From Octopus vulgaris (taxonomy: Eukaryota): 64,000 bases of DNA. Both the position numbers and the translations under genes were made by a program. Positions within the stretch are counted from its first letter, which is position 1. Every line of letters starts with the position of its first letter. Location of the stretch: assembly GCA_951406725.2 (NCBI GenBank), contig OX597824.1, positions 69,378,001-69,442,000 on the forward strand, written 5' to 3'. The notes beneath the pieces were generated by a model. It searched no databases. It was given only the letters and a program-made list of their open reading frames with translations, and had not been told where the DNA came from. Positions 55,597 to 64,000 of the stretch are shown piece after piece.

Positions 55597-56458
55597 TATC
55601 CATTCAGTAGTTGATATCGTCACGATGTTGGTATCGACTACAACTTTGAAGTTCTGAGCTTTAAAAAATAAGAACAATAAACCTCCGCCAGGGTTTATTG
55701 CTTACGTCGCCGTGTAAGCTAACTAACGTTTTGCTGGTGGACTACGTTCGGCCGCGTAACGTTAAAACGCGGCATCACATCTAGTGACCGAGATGTTAAA
55801 CAAAGGCTGTGGCCAGGTCTTAACCACAAACCACATCTACGCAATCATTTTTGCCGTGCATCGACCGGCCATCCTCTCGCCTTCCTTCCTTCTCCCTGCC
55901 TCCCTTCGTCCACTAACACCATTATTACCACCCCACCGCCACCTCCATCATTGATGACTGGGTCATTAACCTGAGTAGTGATAAACAGAAATAATGGTTA
56001 CGAGGCAGTATTCTGTCGTCGTTTTTTTTTTTTTATATATTTTATTATTATATTCTCAGTGTCCGTTCGTTTAAACGTCTTGCATGTTACAGTATCATGA
56101 AATATGAATTCAATATGGCGGCTAGCGGTAACGCTCCGGCAGTAGTGGCTGGTGGTAGCTTTGTGATGGCGTTTGTTGTGTAATTGTGGCTGTTGTGTGT
56201 GAGTTGTTGCCGTTGAATTATTGTTGTTCTTGGCGGTGGTGGTGGTGGGGGAGTGTAATGATTACGAGTATTACGACTGTGGTAATAATAATTGTGGAGT
56301 GATTGTTGGGATTAATATTATGTGCAGTGTAGATGAGGTGATGGGGGTTATAAAAGCTGTGTGAAAAGGGGGAAAAGGAACAGGAGCATCTGTGAGTCAG
56401 TGACTCCGAAAAGGAGAATGTGTGAAGGTGGGGGCACATTGATATATATGTATCTATA

Positions 56459-56554
<96 letters not shown>

Positions 56555-56587
56555 CAGAAAGACAGACAGACAGACAGATAGACAGAC

Positions 56588-56650
<63 letters not shown>

Positions 56651-56655
56651 TAGAC

Positions 56656-56748
<93 letters not shown>

Positions 56749-57029
56749 TAGATATATATATATACATGCATATATAAAGAGATAGACAGATAGACAGCAA
56801 CAATGTTTTGAGAAATAGTAAAAAAAGGACAGAGAGAGAGAGAAAGAGAGAGAGAGGAAAATTAATTGGTAAATAGGGAAAATAGAACCAAATAAACAGA
56901 TAGAAGATAGACTAAAACATTCTTCAAATATACACCCCTTTAATATCTTCAGTCATTCGACTTTATGTATGTATGTATACATGTATGCGTGTATATATGT
57001 TTATATGAATGTATGTATATGTGTGTGTA

Positions 57030-57320
57030 CCAAAGCTTGTGAGTGGATTTGGTTGACGGAAACTGAAAGCAGCCCGTCGTATGTATATGTATATGTATAT
57101 ATGTGTGTGTTTGTGTGTCTGTCTTTGTCCCCACCCCCAACATCGCTTGACAACCGATGGTGGTGTGTTTACGTCCCCGTAACTTAGCGGTTCGGCAAAA
57201 AGAAACCGATAGAATAAGTACTTGGCTTACGAAGAATAAGTCCTGAGGTCGATCTCCTCGACTAAAGGCGGTGTTCGAGCATGGCCGCAGTCTAATGACT
57301 GAAACAAGTAAAAGAGTAAA
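57030..57320 (+). mobile_element. SINE family B, 5'-truncated
   Basis: Match from CCAAAGCTTGTGAGTGGATTTGG to the tail. Confidence 0.8.
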
Positions 57321-57404
57321 AAAAGTGTAATTGTTACGTCCGGTCTATAATTCTCTAACTTGTTGTCGGTTTGAATAGGAAAGTCCCGCAAAATCGTACA
57401 TCTC

Positions 57405-57713
<309 letters not shown>

Positions 57714-57717
57714 TATT

Positions 57718-58258
57718 CAGTAGTTTTATTTTTATAGCGTGCTTTCACTTCACTACCGAGCGCAGCTCTGTGTGCCTTGGGTATGTGCTGTGATTTGTTG
57801 TGATGCTCTGATGGTTATTGTATGGAAAGTGTTCTGCGTAGGATGTGTGCCATGCCTAGTAGTGCAATTTTCTGTATGTTATATGTGTTTGTAAGTCCTG
57901 GTGTTTTTGTTATGTATTTGTCTGAATATTTTTTTATCATGCCTAATGCACCTACTATGATAGGAATTGTTTCTGTTTTCAGGTTCCACATTCTAGTTAT
58001 CTCTATTTCCAGGTCTTTGTATTTTGAGAGTTTCTCCATTTCTTTTAGAGACACGTTGTCATCTGCCGGTATTGATACATCAATTAGAAAGCATTTTTTT
58101 CTTCATGATCTCTGACAACTATATCTGGTCTGTTGGCCTTAATTTCTCTATCTGTGTGTATCGGCATATCCCAGAGTATGGTTGCTTTCTCGTTTTCTTT
58201 GACCTTTTCTGGTGTGTGCCTATACCATCTTTTTTCTGTTGTTTTTTTCTTTTTTCTT
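57718..58258 (-). pseudogene. R4/Dong-like LINE 3' fragment with RLE domain and 3' UTR, inserted in (TAA)n
   Basis: ILWDMPIHTDREIKANRPDIVV / IDVSIPADDNVSLKEMEKLSKYKDLEIEITRMWNLKTETIPIIVGALG...IQKIALLGMAHILRRTL. Long (TTA)n on both sides. Confidence 0.9.
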
Positions 58259-58276
58259 TTATTATTATTATTATTA

Positions 58277-58329
<53 letters not shown>

Positions 58330-58683
58330 TACTATTACTATTATTACTATGGTAAAAATGATAATATTAATGACTGTACTATTACTAGTAATGGCGAACT
58401 CAGAGAAGCACGTTTTTACACATCTATAAATATTTCGTTTAAGATTCTGATTGGACAATAAAATATTATAAATTGGTATAATTTTTAGTAACCTCCTTAC
58501 ATATGCATATATACACATATATCTGTGCGTGTGAATGTGTATGTGTTTCGTTCTTATGCTTCTGTTTTTGCATATGTATGCGTGTTTGCGATGCGACTGT
58601 ATTTTTATATGCGTGTATTTACGTATATATATATATATACTTATATAAGTAAAAAGTTATATACACATAAATATATGTATGTA

Positions 58684-58725
<42 letters not shown>

Positions 58726-58851
58726 CATACACACACACACATACATACATATATTTATATGTATATAACTTTTTACTTATATAAGTATATATATAGAGAG
58801 ATATAGATATATATGAATGTATGTATAAATATATACATAGACTTACATGTA

Positions 58852-58883
<32 letters not shown>

Positions 58884-58888
58884 GATAC

Positions 58889-58960
<72 letters not shown>

Positions 58961-58979
58961 GTATATATGTGTGTATATG

Positions 58980-59014
<35 letters not shown>

Positions 59015-59499
59015 ATATATATATATATATATGTGCGTGTGTGGAGGGGGGCATGCACAGACAAAGACACACATGCACACTTACATACGTACAAAAGCTT
59101 AATAAAGAAATAGTACGAGGAGAAGGAAAGAGATTGAATGAGAAAGTGTGGAGAATGAGAAATCGTGGGTCATAAGAGGAATGACGTGTAAAGAACGATG
59201 TCAGGCAAAATGTAAAATGTGTCAAACTGATCTGGAGAGAGCGGGAGGGGGTGAGAGAGAGAGAGAGTGAGAGAGAGACAGAGACAGACAGTCAGACAGA
59301 CTGACAGACAAACGGAGACAGCGGCAGAAAGAGGGAGAGAGAGAGAGAGAGGAGGGAGAGACAGACAGGAAGAGAAAGAGAATGAGAGGAGAGAGAATTG
59401 AATGCGGAGCAACAGATATGAAACGAAAGGGAGAATGCGTGACGTAGAACGACTTGCATGTGTGCGTGTGTGTTTTTATATGCATTTGTGTGTCTGTAT

Positions 59500-59560
<61 letters not shown>

Positions 59561-60031
59561 TGAGGCGAGAGAAGGAGAGTGAAGTGTACAGTGACAACTA
59601 TTGGAAGAGACATAAAAAATCTTGTAATGAAATATTAACAGATCATCAATGATATTTTTTCTATTTATTTGTGTCTGTGTATGTATGTATGTATGTATGT
59701 ATGTATGTATCTATATATGTATGTATGTGTATGTATGTATGTATGTATATAAGTATATGTGTATATGGGTGTGAGTTGGGGTGCAGAACACTGTATGCAT
59801 ACGAGGATAATGTCTACGTATATGTGTGTGTATGTGTGTATGTATGTGTAGAGGTGCGCGCTTTCGTCTTTATGTGTGACGCTTGTGTGCTTTGATGTAT
59901 AAACTCACTCTATTTCTAAATGTGCACATACATGTGTGTGAGTGTGTGTGCTTGCATGTGCTTGTGTAACTGGAAGGAGGTGCAACATGTGCATAAGCAT
60001 ATATGAGGGCATGCTTTCGTGGGATTAGTCT

Positions 60032-60097
<66 letters not shown>

Positions 60098-61059
60098 CAA
60101 ATACGGATAATCAGATAGATAGTTTTTCAGATAGCTTAGTATATCTCAGTGTATCTATCTAGCTCTCTTTCTCAATTTGTCTCTCTCCTTATCTATCTAT
60201 TTATCTATCTATCTATCTTTCTATCTATCTGTATGTATGTATCTATATATGTATGCATGCATGTATGTATGTATGTATGTATGTATGTATGTATGTATGT
60301 ATGTATGTATGTATATATGTATGTATATATGTATGTATGTATGTATGTATGTACGTAAGTATGTATGTATAACAAGATAAAGCATCTTACGCGTATTTCA
60401 TTAACTATGTAAAATATCAATTATATAGAGAAAAGCTGATAAGCCAATTTCACTGTCAAATCTTCAGACATTGCGTCATTTTCATCAATATCTTTTGTAT
60501 CTATACAGGACTGCCTACAGTGTTATTTGTATCGCCTACTACAGTGACTGTGTTAAATGGATTTAATGAATTAGCCTTTATAATTACTGGAGAAAAATGA
60601 ATATGTCACATCGTAGAAGTTAGAAAAGGGTTTCGGTTTTCAAATATAGATATTTTTAACAGAGCCTGTATAGATGCAAATATATGTGTATATGTATGTA
60701 TATACACATATGTATATATTAATGTGTATATACACCTGCAAATGCATATATATACACACACACACATATATTCATATCTACCAGACTATGTATATATATG
60801 TATATATGTATTTTTGTATGTATTTATATATTCATACATAGATTCATACATAGATACATACATACATACATACATACATACATACATACATACATACATA
60901 CATACATACATGTATATATACATATATACATACATGCATAGACCTGTTGTACCATATATTTATTGTATGCGTGGAAAAGTTTTCGCGACATCCCTTTTAT
61001 AATTATGTTTTTGCGTCATCACCCTCTGGCATACTTCAATTCTCATCACGCTTTGGTGA

Positions 61060-62100
61060 AAGAAGAAATCACAATGAGCAGCAGTATTCAAGGTAAGACC
61101 AGGCAAGCGCAGAAAAGAGAAGGATAACTTTTTTCAGGATCTCTTGACTGAAAAGTTCTAAGAATCCAGAAGCACATTCTACGGACCCTATCGACCTTAT
61201 TGTTGAATGTGCACTTCATCTTACGCTTTCCTTCCAATTTAGACCTAAGCCTCTCATATTGTTTGATGCTACAAAAGTTCTCCTGGGAGAAGAAAATACA
61301 GATGTTTATGTATGTCTTCTTTTCGAAAATGGATGAACTCAAATTTTACTTCGTTGAACACCATATATATTTTTTATTCTTTTGCTCCTTTCTTTTCCCC
61401 GCTCAACAAATCAGAGCTTGAGTCAAACATTGCAGTTTTTCTTCATCATATATTCTCTTGATGAGTTTCTGAAGCTTAGTATCATCTGAAAAGATGTTTA
61501 TTTTACTGTGTTTGATGGAATTTGCAACGTCATTTCCTTAAGCAACAAACAGAAGTTGGCCCAGCAAAGAAACCTGGGAGACACCACTAATGTCCTTTGC
61601 TGGTCTTGAGTAAACTCTGTTGATCACAAAATACTTACTTCTGTTAGTAGAAACATTTATTCCACTGGAGTAACTTAACACGGATTTAGATGTTGGATAA
61701 TTTCATCAGCAAAATGCTGTGGTCGATTCTGTCGGTAGCTTTATAGAAGTCAAGTTAAATGACATTTGAGTTGGAGACCTCTCCCCAAGCATATAGAACG
61801 TCATCAGAATGGTGCAGAAACTTTATTAAGTAGTCTCTGTCAACATGAAAACCATGATGGTTGGCATCAAGGAGATGATCTCTCTAGGAAACCACTTATC
61901 TCAGCTGGCCTTCAAATACTTTTAAAATGTACAACTTTAGTGAGATCAGAAGGTAAATCACTGTGAACAACTTATACACCTTTTTAGAAACGGAGGTATC
62001 AAATTCGTACATAGCAAGTATAAATTTGAAATCCAGCTATTTCCACCAGATATTAGTAAGAAATTATGTAATTTGATGGTTGCACTCCTCCAGGATTAGC
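61060..62100 (-). pseudogene. CR1/L2-group LINE reverse transcriptase relic
   Basis: Minus strand SGVSQVSLLGQLLFV..NDVANSIKHSKINIFSDDTKL (GVPQGSVLGP...FADD) and RRMCFWILRTFQSRDP. Confidence 0.8.
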
Positions 62101-62528
62101 GGAGAATCTGTCATGGTCTAGTACTGAATTGGGTCTCGTTTTATCAATTACCACAATGATGTTAGTAGTGTCGGAAGTTATGATGGGACGAATATTTTGA
62201 GGTTTTATTTCATCAGTATTGCCTAATCACCTGCACTGAAGACAGAGCAATATTGCTTCTATAGAATCTCTATCGTATCTTTGGCATTGTTGAGTTGAAT
62301 GCCGTTTACAGCGATCAGTGGGCTAACGGCAAAGAATGAAATAAAGTGTTCCATGCTATTTTGATTGTTTTGTTGGGGTTTTTTTATGAATAGAGAATTT
62401 TGTCTCTGATTCTTATATTGGCCGAGTAAATTTTAGCAATCTTAATTTATCGATACCAAATGAATGAAAGACAGTCGACCTGGGCGGAATTTGAACACAG
62501 AATGTAAACACGTCCCCTTCATAATAAT

Positions 62529-62597
<69 letters not shown>

Positions 62598-62598
<1 letters not shown>

Positions 62599-63720
62599 TA
62601 TGTAAAAAAGTGACGTGGAACCATTATTGAAACATGCGAAGATGGCTGACGTCATTAAAACTGAGAATTATGTAAAGAAAGAAAAATTTATAGAGCAAAA
62701 GAACACGAAAAAATAAACAGTATGGAAGGAAAAAATGTACGATCAGTTTGCAAGAGATACAAACACCAAGATAGGTTCAGAATACCGGTAGCTATGGACG
62801 AGGAGGAGAGACCTGAAGATAGAGACAGAGGCGCTTATATGCGCAGCTCAAGAACAAGTGTTAGGGACCAACTATATGAAGTGCAGAATCGACAACACTA
62901 CCGGCAGCGACAAATGCAAAACGTGTGGTGAAAGGGGTGAAACGGTACGGCACATCGTTAGCGAATGCCAAAATTAGCACAACGCGAATACAAAAGACGA
63001 CATGACAATGTAGTAAGAATGATCCATTGGGTGCACTGGGGAAGTCACAGCCAACAAAGAGCAAAGACGTGGTATAAAAAACTCCAGAAGGAGTCACCGA
63101 TAATGAAAATTACAAAATCCTGTGGGATGCAATGATCCAGTACGATCACCTGATCAGACATTGGAAACTGGACATTGTTGTGGTGAATAAAAAAGAAAGA
63201 ATATGTATGATAATCGGCATAGCATGCTCTGGTGACAACAGGATCAAGGTGAAAGAAGAGGAAAAAATGGACAATTATGACGATTTGAAGTGGGAAATGC
63301 GAAGGTTTTGGTCAATGAAGAGAGTAGACGTGATACCAACAGTAATTGGTGCACTTGGAAGTATCAGCACTCAACTACCAATATGACACAAAAAGATTGC
63401 TACAAGTTTAGAAAGTAGAACACCTACAAAAATAAGCTTTTTCCTGGAACAGAAAGAAATATGTTAGAGAAATCGGAATTGACATGAGAGCAGAGGGAGC
63501 CCAAAAAGCTGCGCTGCTGGGGAAGGCTAGGATTTTGATATTGGTACTTGGATGTTGAATGTCTTCTATGATAATTAACATACAATAATCAAAGCTTATA
63601 ATGTGCGGAAAGAGACCTTATGAGTCCTCTGGCAAGAGGCTGCTGTCCGCTCTCACAGAATCAACCACAGCAAACAAGACCGAGTACTCTGAGAAGTAAA
63701 ACAACCACAACAACAACAAT
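62598..63720 (+). pseudogene. R4/Dong-like LINE 3' region (CCHC, RHD, RLE), frameshifted
   Basis: DKCKTCGERGETVRHIVSEC, YKRRHDNV, ILWDAMIQYDHLIRHWKLDIVVVNKK...VIGALGSI. Starts right after (TAA)n at 62521-62597. Confidence 0.88.
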
Positions 63721-63734
63721 AATAGTGTTAATAT

Positions 63735-64000
63735 TTTCTTTATTGGCCACAAGGACCGAACACAAAACAAAAAGGATTATATAAAAACAAAGGACAAGTG
63801 GAGCCTAACACAAAAGTATATGCAAGCAATAGCAAAAACCTTAAAACTCCCCACAAGGTGGGGGCGATTCCAGCCGAGGCAACCAAGGAATCCAACACAT
63901 CCTGGTGCCCCCAATCTCTAACGGCATCACAGGCAGGCACCCCTATTCACTCTATCCTATCTGGATGACAAGCGCATGTTTAGAGTAGGCTCATTCACAC
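63735..64000 (-). mobile_element. Tx1-clade LINE 3' end (runs off the window)
   Basis: Minus strand VNEPTLNMRLSSR* (compare MNDEATLSMIL*), then a 3' UTR ending TGTGGCCAATAAAGAAA. Confidence 0.7.

Overview
Repeat-saturated, AT-rich eukaryotic DNA. The very high microsatellite load ((TA)n, (CA)n, (GATA)n, (CATA)n, (TAA)n, (GAT)n, (GGT)n) and the tRNA-derived SINE families suggest an octopus/cephalopod genome (inference). I found no convincing host protein-coding exon, and almost all ORFs in the track are microsatellite translations. Between the microsatellites lie: five fragments of Tx1/L1-clade LINEs, one a clean 434-codon ORF2 end inserted in (TCTA)n; three R4/Dong-like RLE-LINE fragments flanked by (TAA)n; a Penelope RT + GIY-YIG relic; a CR1-type RT relic; a decayed Chapaev3-type transposase; mariner and hAT MITEs; a non-autonomous Helitron; and about 25 SINE copies from several families. 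The most interesting signal is a set of minimal type I hammerhead ribozymes. Two families of long fold-back elements carry a hammerhead in each arm; one has a covarying U3:A8 core and a 361-nt restart period, which looks like a retrozyme. A family of ~200-bp elements carries variant cores. In addition, the commonest SINE shares its 3' tail with the Tx1 LINE. All alignments and folds were done by eye and boundaries are approximate unless TSDs/TIRs are cited.
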